The notes under the pieces are model-generated. The model was not told the DNA's origin. It ran no database searches and saw only the letters and a program-made list of their open reading frames with translations. Below are positions 53,904 to 61,754 of a DNA stretch of 64,000 nucleotides, in pieces (positions within the stretch are counted from its first letter, which is position 1; every line of letters starts with the position of its first letter). Location of the stretch: the NCBI GenBank assembly GCA_042218325.1, contig JBDGRE010000005.1:9055-73054 (forward strand), read 5' to 3'. The DNA comes from Candidatus Nanohaloarchaea archaeon. GTDB taxonomy: Archaea; Nanohalarchaeota; Nanosalinia; Nanosalinales; Nanosalinaceae. A program made the translations under genes and the position numbers.

Positions 53904-53968
53904 TTTACGATCTGCGGGCACGAAGACCTTATAGGTCTTCTTATACCAGCAGATTTACGATCTGCGGG
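53904..53968 (+). repeat. 15-nt direct repeat TTTACGATCTGCGGG (53904-53918 and 53954-53968) flanking a 7-bp hairpin
   Basis: Exact duplicates. The second copy includes the first 5 nt of tRNA-Leu(CAG). The hairpin GAAGACC-TTATA-GGTCTTC lies at 53922-53940. Confidence 0.7.
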
Positions 53969-54121
53969 GGTAGCCAAGTGGCCAAAGGCGCAGCGTTCAG
54001 GACCGAACTGCTGTCAGTTCGATTAACAGTGAGCATTCAGCCCTGCGGCTGAACGCACAACGGCAGTCGGAGAGACGCGCTGTCCCTTAGGGGTTCGCAA
54101 GTTCAAATCTTGCCCCCCGCA
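53964..54121 (+). tRNA. tRNA-Leu (anticodon CAG at 53998-54000) with a ~75-nt intron next to position 37/38
   Basis: GCGGGGG-TA-GCC...GGC-G-CAGCG-TTCAGG // CGCTG-TCCCTTAGGGGTTC-GCAAG-TTCAAAT-CTTGC-CCCCCGC-A. Long variable arm, no encoded CCA. Confidence 0.8.
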
Positions 54122-54273
54122 TACTTTCCAAGTATGCTCCAAGAAGTATCGCGCAGCGAATACTTCGCCCCGCACTACTTCGTATTGCTTTCGGCAAGAT
54201 CTGTGCACAGAAATAACGGGTCGCTGGGGCCACTCGTTACATACTTTTTATGGCAGGATAAGAAATTCAGGCT

Positions 54274-55734
54274 GTGTCCCACGTCGAGAAGGAAATCCAG
54301 CTGAGCGATATCGAGAGGGAGATTCTCTGGGGTATTTCCTCGATCACACAGGAGCTGAGGAAAAACTACCGTATCGTGATAAAGTCGAATTTTGGCGTCG
54401 ATACAGCGGAACTGGAGCTGGCCAAGTGGGGTGAAGACGAGTTCGAGCGGTCCGTGGCCCAGAACAACCCAGAGGACTCCGGCTGGAGCGACCAGGAGTT
54501 CAAACTGCTCCTGAATGAGAAGGTTCGCATCCAGAAACTGCATGACTATCTGGATTCTATCCTGAACGGTGGGAGAGGTATAGACCACGCGGGAGTGAGA
54601 GATATTATAGAGGAGGACCGTCGAACGGAGAAGGTAGAGAGCCTGCTTGAGGAGAAGGAGAAAAACGGCAGGCTGGAGATGGGAGGGAAAAACACCGTAA
54701 AGTTGAATAAGGCTCTCACGGAGTTTTCCAAGTGCCTGAAGGCGTTCGAGGAGGGGACAAGAATCCAGACAGAGTCTCTTCCGGAGCAGAGGATAGTCAG
54801 CCTGATAGAGAACAACGACTTCGCCAGCAGCGTCCAGGGGGAGAACGGGCGGTATATCTTGGGCGGTATACAGTTCCATGGCGAGGTAAGGTTCAACGAG
54901 GACAAATACCAGGAATCAGATTACATAGTCTTGGACAGCCTGAACTTTCCGTACCAGGAAAAGGGGTTCAGAGAGTTTATCAAGACCCAGCCCGAGTCAG
55001 GCAGGTTTGATTATGAGGAACTGATTTCTGAAAATGTTTTCAGAGACCAGTTACCTGTTGTTATCCCGGATGTTCTCCCTGTAGACTCATACAAGGGCTG
55101 GGATCTGACGAAAATCGACGACTGGAGCGGCAGGGTGCAGGGAGGAGCTGGTATAGTAGGTAACACCGCGCTACCGGCTGCCATGGGCCTGGCCGCCAAA
55201 GGCGCTCTTCCCTGGGAGCCTGTTTTTTACGGGGTGGTGGTCTGGAAGTTTGTCTTCATGATAGGGGTGCCTGCAGTAACCCTCCCAAGATTGCTTACTG
55301 CGGTGGCCGGAAGGATGGCTCTTTTCTGTGAGAAACTCGATGGTTGCTTCGCTTCAGGTGTTGAAAAATCTGAACCAGCTTTCTTCCTGTACACAAACAA
55401 GAAAGAAGCCGCCCTGATACACCTTTTTATGAGATACCCGGAAATCCGGAGAGCGATTCTCAAGTTCCATCAGTCAGCTGAATACGGAGGGTTAGAGGAA
55501 AAGTATCTGAATTATATAGAGGAAGTAGAGTTCTTCTCCGGTGGAGTCGACGAAATAAAAGAAAGCCCAAAGAAAGGAAGAAAGCTAAGGCTGGAGTACA
55601 GCGGTCAGGAGAGGATTGTTAGTTACAGTATCAGAAGCATCGACACTGAACTGACAGAAAGGATAGCTAGGTCCTCGGGAGAACAGAGTAAAATTTCAAG
55701 CGCAAAGAACACTCTTTCCAAACTACTTCCCTAA
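54274..55734 (+). CDS. Hypothetical protein with two central TM helices (ORFan)
   Basis: 486 aa with a GTG start. It lies between tRNA-Leu(CAG) and a partial tRNA copy, and looks somewhat lower in GC than the flanks. Confidence 0.45.
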   Translation: MSHVEKEIQLSDIEREILWGISSITQELRKNYRIVIKSNFGVDTAELELAKWGEDEFERSVAQNNPEDSGWSDQEFKLLLNEKVRIQKLHDYLDSILNGGRGIDHAGVRDIIEEDRRTEKVESLLEEKEKNGRLEMGGKNTVKLNKALTEFSKCLKAFEEGTRIQTESLPEQRIVSLIENNDFASSVQGENGRYILGGIQFHGEVRFNEDKYQESDYIVLDSLNFPYQEKGFREFIKTQPESGRFDYEELISENVFRDQLPVVIPDVLPVDSYKGWDLTKIDDWSGRVQGGAGIVGNTALPAAMGLAAKGALPWEPVFYGVVVWKFVFMIGVPAVTLPRLLTAVAGRMALFCEKLDGCFASGVEKSEPAFFLYTNKKEAALIHLFMRYPEIRRAILKFHQSAEYGGLEEKYLNYIEEVEFFSGGVDEIKESPKKGRKLRLEYSGQERIVSYSIRSIDTELTERIARSSGEQSKISSAKNTLSKLLP

Positions 55735-55803
55735 AGGGCCGTTCTTCCTATGAATTAAAAGCCTTCTCTGCACCTTTTCTTACCACAGGCAGGCTTACAA
55801 TAT

Positions 55804-55838
55804 GCGGGGGTTGCCGAGTGAGGCTCACTAACCCCGCA
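55804..55838 (+). other. Truncated tRNA-Leu copy (5' 17 nt joined to a 3' acceptor end)
   Basis: GCGGGGGTTGCCGAGTG is identical to the 5' end of tRNA-Leu(UAG). It is followed by AGGCTCACTAA-CCCCGCA, which can close a 6-bp acceptor-like helix. Confidence 0.5.
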
Positions 55839-55865
55839 TAAAAACAAAACAACAGGTGAGCAGAC

Positions 55866-56018
55866 GCGGGGGTTGCCGAGTGGTCAAAGGCGCAGGACTT
55901 AGGTACCTCAAGTTCTCCTTTACGGAGAACAAGGATTTGAGAAGTGAACCTTCAGGGAGCTTCGATAGAGGATATCCTGTCCCGTAGGGGTTCCGGAGTT
56001 CAAATCTCCGCCCCCGCA
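55866..56018 (+). tRNA. tRNA-Leu (anticodon TAG at 55900-55902) with a 70-nt intron (55904-55973)
   Basis: GCGGGGG-TT-GCC...GGC-G-CAGGA-CTTAGG // A-TCCTG-TCCCGTAGGGGTTC-CGGAG-TTCAAAT-CTCCG-CCCCCGC-A. Confidence 0.8.
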
Positions 56019-56036
56019 TCATTACCTACTGACACG

Positions 56037-56097
56037 GCGGGATTTGATGGCAGAAGCTCCTGTAAGCGAGCTTCGAGTTCAAATCTCAGCCCCCGCA
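56037..56097 (+). other. Degenerate tRNA 3'-half-like fragment
   Basis: ...TCCTG-TAAGCGAGCTTC-GAG-TTCAAAT-CTC-AG-CCCCCGC-A has a T-loop and acceptor 3' strand like tRNA-Leu, but the T stem is degraded. Confidence 0.45.
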
Positions 56098-56176
56098 AAC
56101 ATTTCATGTTTGCTATCAGCAGCACCGGATGTCGGATGCTGCGCCCCGCATCATTCCTTATCAACAGGCGGGCTCG

Positions 56177-56184
56177 TTTTATAA
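56177..56184 (+). promoter_or_regulatory. TATA-like box TTTTATAA upstream of the TraB-family gene
   Basis: Sits 24-31 nt upstream of the in-frame GTG 56208, which immediately precedes the conserved TraB N-terminus. Confidence 0.4.
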
Positions 56185-56207
56185 CTCTGCTATCCGGCAA
56201 AGGAAAC

Positions 56208-57338
56208 GTGAGGAAAGAGGTCGAGCTCGACGGCCGGAAGGTCACCGTTATCGGCACAAGCCATGTGTCAAGCGAGAGCAGGGACGAGGTCCGCGAAGCT
56301 GTAGAGGAGCTGGAGCCGGACCTTGTCGGCGTCGAACTTGACGAAGACCGTTACGAGTCCCTGAAGAACCGCTCGGGGTGGCGTGACCTTGACATCGCCG
56401 AGGCCATCCGGGACGGCCGTGGTTCCCTGCTCCTGATGAACCTGTTGCTCGCGATTTACCAGAGAAGGATCGGGATGGAGCAGGGCATGGAGCCGGGCGC
56501 GGAGATGCTTGAAGCTGTCGAGACCGCGGAAACTCATGGCATCCGGTTTTCCCTGCTGGACAGGGATATCAGCGAGACGTTCGGCAGGCTGCGTTCGGAG
56601 CTGTCTCTCTGGCAGAAATTCACTCTCGCCGCCAGTTTTCTTGCCGGAGAGGAAGACGTGGATGTGGAGGAGCTCAAGCAGGCCGATGTCCTCGAAAGTA
56701 TCCTCGGGGAGCTCGACGAGGATTTCCCGTCTGTGAGCAAGGTCTTACTTGACGAGAGGAACAGCTACATGGCCGGGAAGCTGCTTGAAGAAGATTTCGA
56801 GCACGCAGTGGTAGTAGTCGGCGCAGCGCACGTAGAAGGGCTTGTGGAAGAGCTGAAAGACAGCAGCGAGCCGGAAATTTCGGGGGCGGAGAGTGGTAAA
56901 GGTTTCCCGTGGATGAAGGCACTGAATTACGGGATACCGCTTTTTATACTCGGGATGCTAGGCTACAGTTTCTACAAGATAGGTTTCGCGACAGGTATAG
57001 AGGCCAGTGCTTTCTGGATACTTGCGAACGGTTTGCTGGCGATGGCAGGTGCGATAGCTGCACGGTCACATGTCGCGACCTGGATAGTATCGTTCATCGC
57101 TGCACCGTTGACCTCGCTCGACCCGGCCCTGGGAGCGGGCATGGTAGCCTCTTACTTCGAGGCCAGGTTCTATCCGCCGACCGTGGGAGAGTTGGAGGAT
57201 GTGGTCTATCTCGACAGATACAGGGAGCTCTGGAGTAACCAGGCCGGCCGGATACTGCTGACCTTCATCTTCGTCACCATCGGTAGCGCTATCGCGACTT
57301 TCATAGGTGCGGGGTACATCGCGTCGCTGTTACTGTAG
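56208..57338 (+). CDS. TraB/GumN-family protein
   Basis: RKVTVIGTSHVSSESRDEVREAVEELEPDLVGVELDEDR N-terminus and C-terminal TM helices. Start set at GTG 56208; the track ORF start at 55944 runs through a tRNA gene. Confidence 0.65.
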   Translation: MRKEVELDGRKVTVIGTSHVSSESRDEVREAVEELEPDLVGVELDEDRYESLKNRSGWRDLDIAEAIRDGRGSLLLMNLLLAIYQRRIGMEQGMEPGAEMLEAVETAETHGIRFSLLDRDISETFGRLRSELSLWQKFTLAASFLAGEEDVDVEELKQADVLESILGELDEDFPSVSKVLLDERNSYMAGKLLEEDFEHAVVVVGAAHVEGLVEELKDSSEPEISGAESGKGFPWMKALNYGIPLFILGMLGYSFYKIGFATGIEASAFWILANGLLAMAGAIAARSHVATWIVSFIAAPLTSLDPALGAGMVASYFEARFYPPTVGELEDVVYLDRYRELWSNQAGRILLTFIFVTIGSAIATFIGAGYIASLLL

Positions 57339-57339
57339 G

Positions 57340-57352
57340 CCAACCTATTTTA
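57340..57352 (+). promoter_or_regulatory. CCAACCTATTTTA promoter-like box
   Basis: Lies 31-43 nt upstream of ATG 57383. Nearly identical to a box at 61385-61397. Confidence 0.4.
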
Positions 57353-57382
57353 CTCCTGCCGTGACATCTATGAAGTGTAAGG

Positions 57383-57775
57383 ATGCGAACACGCGAGGTC
57401 GTCGAGCAGGCAGTGGAGCAGAATCCTGGAATCAGTTTCACGGGCCTGAAGGAGGAGACCGGGCTTGCGAACGGTGTCCTCCAGCACCATATCAGGAAGT
57501 CTGATAAAGTTGTGTCGAAGAAAGGAGCTCTTCTCACAAATGAGGCCTGTGATGAATGCGAGCTGTCGGAGCACTGCACGGAGACGTGCATCAGGCGCGA
57601 GATCAGGAAACCTCTCGTGCAGGAGATACTGGAGATGCTTTCCAGGGGCATGAAGCAGAAGGATATCGCCTCGGAGCTTGACAGGCACAGTTCGACTATC
57701 AGCTACCATGTGAACAGGCTGAAAGAAATTGGCGCAATCAGGAACGGCAAGCCTGTTGAAGAACTCGACCTTTAA
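57383..57775 (+). CDS. Winged-helix regulator with central Cys cluster
   Basis: Two HTH-like segments (GISFTGLKEETGLANGVLQHHIRK; MKQKDIASELDRHSSTISYHVNRLKEIG) flank CDECELSEHCTETC. Confidence 0.5.
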   Translation: MRTREVVEQAVEQNPGISFTGLKEETGLANGVLQHHIRKSDKVVSKKGALLTNEACDECELSEHCTETCIRREIRKPLVQEILEMLSRGMKQKDIASELDRHSSTISYHVNRLKEIGAIRNGKPVEELDL

Positions 57776-58399
57776 CTACATCATCCACTTCTCTTCCCAT
57801 TCACGGATGCGCTCACGCCAATCATCACCGTCATCTTCAGCCTCCACGCCCCCCTCAAGATACGGCCTGTCGCGCAGCCAGTAACCTACCGGGACTCCGG
57901 CGGCCATACCGAAAAGGTGGGCCTCGTAAGCGGTTCCGGTAGCAGCCGGGATACCGGCGAAGTTGATGAAGATGTAGCTCAGCAGCACGAACCACATAGG
58001 TGCAGGAACTCCGAGCGCCAGTCCTACCTTCCGCGGCCGGTAGACCGCCAGCGCGGAAAGCACTCCCATCGCTCCGCCCGAGGCCCCGATTATGGAACTG
58101 GTGGGGTAGAACACGAAAGCGGAGAGGTTCGCCAGCAACGCCGCGGCGAAAAAGGTGGCGAGGAACGTCCTTCCCAAGGTCAGCCGCTCGTATATCGAGC
58201 CGAAGAGTCCGATGAAGAACGCGTTGTTCAAAAGGTGCTGGAGGCTGCTGTGACCCACGATCGAGGTGAAGAACTTGTAAAACGGTGATGAGGCGGCGTT
58301 GAAGCCTGGATCGAAGCCGGTGAACGCCTGCACGGCATAGACCACCCCAAGGAGGAACGTCAGCTGCAGTGCCACGAAGTCGAAGTTTTTCTCGTTCAT
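57776..58399 (-). CDS. Rhomboid-family intramembrane serine protease
   Basis: HSSLQHLLNN, GASGGAMGV (GxSG) and AHLFGMAAG motifs. Confidence 0.75.
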   Translation of the reverse strand: MNEKNFDFVALQLTFLLGVVYAVQAFTGFDPGFNAASSPFYKFFTSIVGHSSLQHLLNNAFFIGLFGSIYERLTLGRTFLATFFAAALLANLSAFVFYPTSSIIGASGGAMGVLSALAVYRPRKVGLALGVPAPMWFVLLSYIFINFAGIPAATGTAYEAHLFGMAAGVPVGYWLRDRPYLEGGVEAEDDGDDWRERIREWEEKWMM

Positions 58400-60015
58400 G
58401 AGACCTGCTCAAGTATCTCCACGGCGTCTTCCTGGCCGATGGACATGATGAGCCGGGAGAGTCTCGGGCCTTCCTCACGGGAAAGCAACACGCGGTAGGC
58501 GGTCGTGAAGAACTCTCCGGTGTCAAGCGCGCTCTCGTCCCGAACGTCAAATATATCCCCGTCGAGTTCCTCCTGGTCTTCGTACTCTTTCTCCCGCAGC
58601 TTTTCTGCAAGCAGCTGCACCGCCTCCTGCTGGTCCCCGTCGAGGTCGTCGATTATCTCTGCGGGCACCTCGAAGTTGATGGTGTACCTGTACTCTCCCG
58701 GCGCGTGGTCCCGGGCCCAGTTCTTCGCCTTTTCCAGCCGCTCCAGCACCTGTTCCTTCCCGACTTCGTCGATATCTTCCGGGACGTGGCCAGTGCGCTT
58801 CAGCGACTCGATGGCCTTTGTTTCCCATTCCTCCTCTGGCACGGTCTGCGCGATGAAGGAGGCGTGCTGGAAAGGGACGCGGACAGGTTTTTCGTCCGGT
58901 ATCTCGACCACCGCCAGCTCGTAAACTCTTTCGCGGTGTTCCTGCTTCTTCTCGTTGTCGAGGCCTTCCCCGAAGTAGTCCTGCTCGATTCGGTCGAACC
59001 GGTCGTACCGCTGGAAGATGTCCTCGTCGAAAGGTATCTCGAACGCCTTGTTTGGCTTGGTGCCTGAGAACAGGAACCGTATCATCTCCGGCGTGTAGAC
59101 CTGCTTCAGGTCGGTCAGCGTGAACGCGTCCTCGCCCGAGCTGCCGGAGATCTTCGCACCATCCTTTGTCACGAACTCGTACATCTGGTGGACCGGCGGC
59201 TCCTTGTCGAAGATCTTTTCCGCGAGCTCGTTGCCGGTGTCCCGGGAACCGCCCGCGGCGGAGTGTTCTTTTCCTGCCGGTTCAAAATCAACACCTTCGT
59301 ACTTCCACCGCATCGGCCAGTCGATCCTCCAGGGCGGCTTCACGGAGTCGGTCTCCGCAAAGTCTATCGAGCGAGTTTCGTCGCATTCCTCGCAGTAGTA
59401 CTCGACGCGGGTTTCACCGTCGTAATCCTCTACCTGTGTGAAGTCTCGGCCGCATTCGTTGCAGTAAACCCGCAGCGGGAAGTAGGGCTCCTTCAGCGGC
59501 TCCTTGCGGTATTTATCAAGTATTTGTTTGACCTTCTCCCGGTTCTGCATCGCAGTCTTTATCCAGTCAGTGTACTCGCAGTCCCGGAACATCTCGGACT
59601 GGCGGATGAACTCGATATCCATGTGCATGTCATCCAGCTCCTCTTCCAGCCGGGCCTCGAAGTGCCGTGCGTACGAGTCGTGGCAGCCTTCCGGGTCGCG
59701 CACCTCTGAGAGCGGGAGGCCGATGTACTGCTCCCACTCGTCTGGAACGTTCTCGGGCACCTTCCTGAACCGGTCGTAGTCGTCCCACGAGTAGATGAAA
59801 CGTACGTCCTCGCCGCGGTGTTTCAACGACTTCACGACGAAGTCGACGGTTATTATCTCGCGGAAGTTTCCTGCGTGTACCAGGCCCGACGGCGATATCC
59901 CCGCGGCGCAGACGTACTCTTCCTGATCTGGGAACTTCTGTGTCACGCCGAAGGCCAGTTGATCGCTCCAGAAGAGTGGTTGCTCGCTCACCGAGCACCA
60001 CCTCTTCTGCCGCAA
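58396..60015 (-). CDS. lysS: Lysine--tRNA ligase, class I
   Basis: GISPSGLVHAGNFRE (HIGH-like) and GAKISGSSG (KMSKS-like), with a Zn-binding CNECG...CEEC insert. TTG start in the track; an in-frame GTG (VSEQPLF) is also possible. Confidence 0.85.
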   Translation of the reverse strand: MRQKRWCSVSEQPLFWSDQLAFGVTQKFPDQEEYVCAAGISPSGLVHAGNFREIITVDFVVKSLKHRGEDVRFIYSWDDYDRFRKVPENVPDEWEQYIGLPLSEVRDPEGCHDSYARHFEARLEEELDDMHMDIEFIRQSEMFRDCEYTDWIKTAMQNREKVKQILDKYRKEPLKEPYFPLRVYCNECGRDFTQVEDYDGETRVEYYCEECDETRSIDFAETDSVKPPWRIDWPMRWKYEGVDFEPAGKEHSAAGGSRDTGNELAEKIFDKEPPVHQMYEFVTKDGAKISGSSGEDAFTLTDLKQVYTPEMIRFLFSGTKPNKAFEIPFDEDIFQRYDRFDRIEQDYFGEGLDNEKKQEHRERVYELAVVEIPDEKPVRVPFQHASFIAQTVPEEEWETKAIESLKRTGHVPEDIDEVGKEQVLERLEKAKNWARDHAPGEYRYTINFEVPAEIIDDLDGDQQEAVQLLAEKLREKEYEDQEELDGDIFDVRDESALDTGEFFTTAYRVLLSREEGPRLSRLIMSIGQEDAVEILEQVS

Positions 60016-60195
60016 GAAAGTTCACGGAACTTTCGGCTCCAAAATAACGGTTGATTGGTCATCGAGTTATCACCGTTATTTTGTTCGCAGAAGATTCCTG
60101 CGTGCCAGAAAATCTTCGAGTCCAGAAGACAGGCTGTTCCATGAAGAAGTGGTTACGAACTGAGTTTTTAAAGCTCCAGTGCCCGCAAGTGATAC

Positions 60196-61383
60196 ATGGT
60201 TGAGGTCTCACCCCGTCTGGTTTTCCTCATCGTGTTCGTCTCGGGCCTCGCGGCGTTCCTCTACTGGGACCGTGACAATATCGAGCGCCACTTCATACTG
60301 TTTTACCGGAGGACCGAGCGGGGTATCGACCTGATAGACCGTATCGCGAAACGTTTCCCCCGGTTCTGGAACTACTACGGGTGGCTCGGCGTCGCAACCG
60401 GTCTCGCCTCCATGGTGATATCTTTCTACCTGATGGCGCAGGTCTACGGCCAGATGCTTGTCTCCCGCTCTGTAGAAAATGGGCCCTCGCTGGTCCTTCC
60501 AGGCCTGGTGTCACAGAACCAGTTCCAGGCCGGCGTCTCGTTCGTCCCCATCGAGTTCTGGGTCATCGGTGTCGGGATCATAATGGTGGTACACGAGTTC
60601 AGCCACGGCATAGTCGCCCGAACCGAGGGCTTCAAAATCAACTCGGTCGGCTGGATAGTCATGGGTATATTCCCCGGCGCGTTCGTCGAGCCGGAGGGTG
60701 AGCGCATGCTTCCAGCTGAAGGAGAGCAACCGGGGACCGGCTCCGAGGGAGGCATGTGGGGCCTCGGCGACTGGAAGTCCAGGCTGAAAGTGCTCGGCGC
60801 AGGAAGCCTCGCGAACTACATCACCGCGGCAGTGTTTTTCATGGCCGCCGTCGGTGTCGCGGGCGCGATAACGCAGCCTTCCCAGGTCTTCTACGTCGCG
60901 GATGAAGGCTTCCCGGCGGCGGAGGCCGGGATGACCAACGGCACCCTCCACCAGATCAACGGCAAGGATATAGAAGGCGTCGGCGATGTACAGAACATCT
61001 CGGAGACCATCCAGGTCGGGGATCACGTGGCGATCTGGACCTCGGAGGGCAACTTCACTGTTACCGCAGTGGAAAAGAAAGGATTCGACACGGGCTACAT
61101 CGGTATCCGCGTCGGCCAGCAACGGGTCATAAAGGACAGCTACAGCGACTACAGCGGGGGGCTGCAGTGGTTCGTCTCCATGCTGCAGACCATCGCGTTC
61201 CTGAACTTCGTCATAGGCCTGTTCAACATGCTTCCGCTGAAGCCGCTTGACGGCGGCCTGATGGCGGACACACTGCTGGGTGAGTACTACCCGGACAAGG
61301 TGAAGTACCTCGACCGTTTCTCCCTGTTCGGCTGGGCGCTGATACTCTCCGGCATCCTGCTCGGAGTAATCGTCGGCCTGTAG
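60196..61383 (+). CDS. Site-2 protease (M50 family) with PDZ-like insert
   Basis: HEFSHG (HExxH) and NMLPLKPLDGG motifs. Confidence 0.75.
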   Translation: MVEVSPRLVFLIVFVSGLAAFLYWDRDNIERHFILFYRRTERGIDLIDRIAKRFPRFWNYYGWLGVATGLASMVISFYLMAQVYGQMLVSRSVENGPSLVLPGLVSQNQFQAGVSFVPIEFWVIGVGIIMVVHEFSHGIVARTEGFKINSVGWIVMGIFPGAFVEPEGERMLPAEGEQPGTGSEGGMWGLGDWKSRLKVLGAGSLANYITAAVFFMAAVGVAGAITQPSQVFYVADEGFPAAEAGMTNGTLHQINGKDIEGVGDVQNISETIQVGDHVAIWTSEGNFTVTAVEKKGFDTGYIGIRVGQQRVIKDSYSDYSGGLQWFVSMLQTIAFLNFVIGLFNMLPLKPLDGGLMADTLLGEYYPDKVKYLDRFSLFGWALILSGILLGVIVGL

Positions 61384-61384
61384 C

Positions 61385-61397
61385 CCAACCTATTTGA
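61385..61397 (+). promoter_or_regulatory. CCAACCTATTTGA promoter-like box
   Basis: Lies 24-36 nt upstream of ATG 61421. Shares CTGTAG(G/C)CCAACCTATTT with 57333-57350. Confidence 0.4.
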
Positions 61398-61420
61398 TTT
61401 TACGCTCCACGAGTTGAGAC

Positions 61421-61726
61421 ATGACCCACACAGTCGAGATGGTCGACCGCGACGTGGAGGTAGAAGCAGAAGAGGGACAGACCGTCCTGAACGCGCTGCT
61501 GGAGGGTGGCGAGGACTACATGCACGCCTGCGGCGGCTTCTGTAACTGCACGACCTGCCGGATAAAGGTCGAGGAAGGCATGGAGAACCTCTCCGAGATG
61601 GAGGAGGATGAAAAGAACACGCTGCGGCGTTTCCAGGGCGAGGAGATACGCGAGGGCCCGTTCCGGCTCAGCTGCCAGGTCACGGTACACGGCGACGTCA
61701 AGATTTCCGAGCCTGACTGGTACTGA
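61421..61726 (+). CDS. 2Fe-2S ferredoxin
   Basis: CGGFCNCTTC cluster motif plus the distal Cys in RLSCQV. 101 aa. Confidence 0.7.
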   Translation: MTHTVEMVDRDVEVEAEEGQTVLNALLEGGEDYMHACGGFCNCTTCRIKVEEGMENLSEMEEDEKNTLRRFQGEEIREGPFRLSCQVTVHGDVKISEPDWY

Positions 61727-61754
61727 TTAAAGCCTTGCCCGACTATTTCGCGAC

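Noticed and set aside
55804-56097. Split-tRNA (Nanoarchaeum-type) interpretation of the 5' mini copy and the 3'-half-like fragment
   Set aside because: The 5' piece stops at nucleotide 17 instead of position 37. There are no complementary leader/trailer sequences to bring the halves together, the T stem of the 3' piece is degraded, and an intact tRNA-Leu(UAG) lies between them.
55944-56207. N-terminal 88 codons of the track ORF 55944-57338
   Set aside because: This part reads through the 3' exon of tRNA-Leu(UAG) and tRNA debris. The conserved TraB N-terminus begins right after the in-frame GTG 56208, which has a TATA-like box 24-31 nt upstream.
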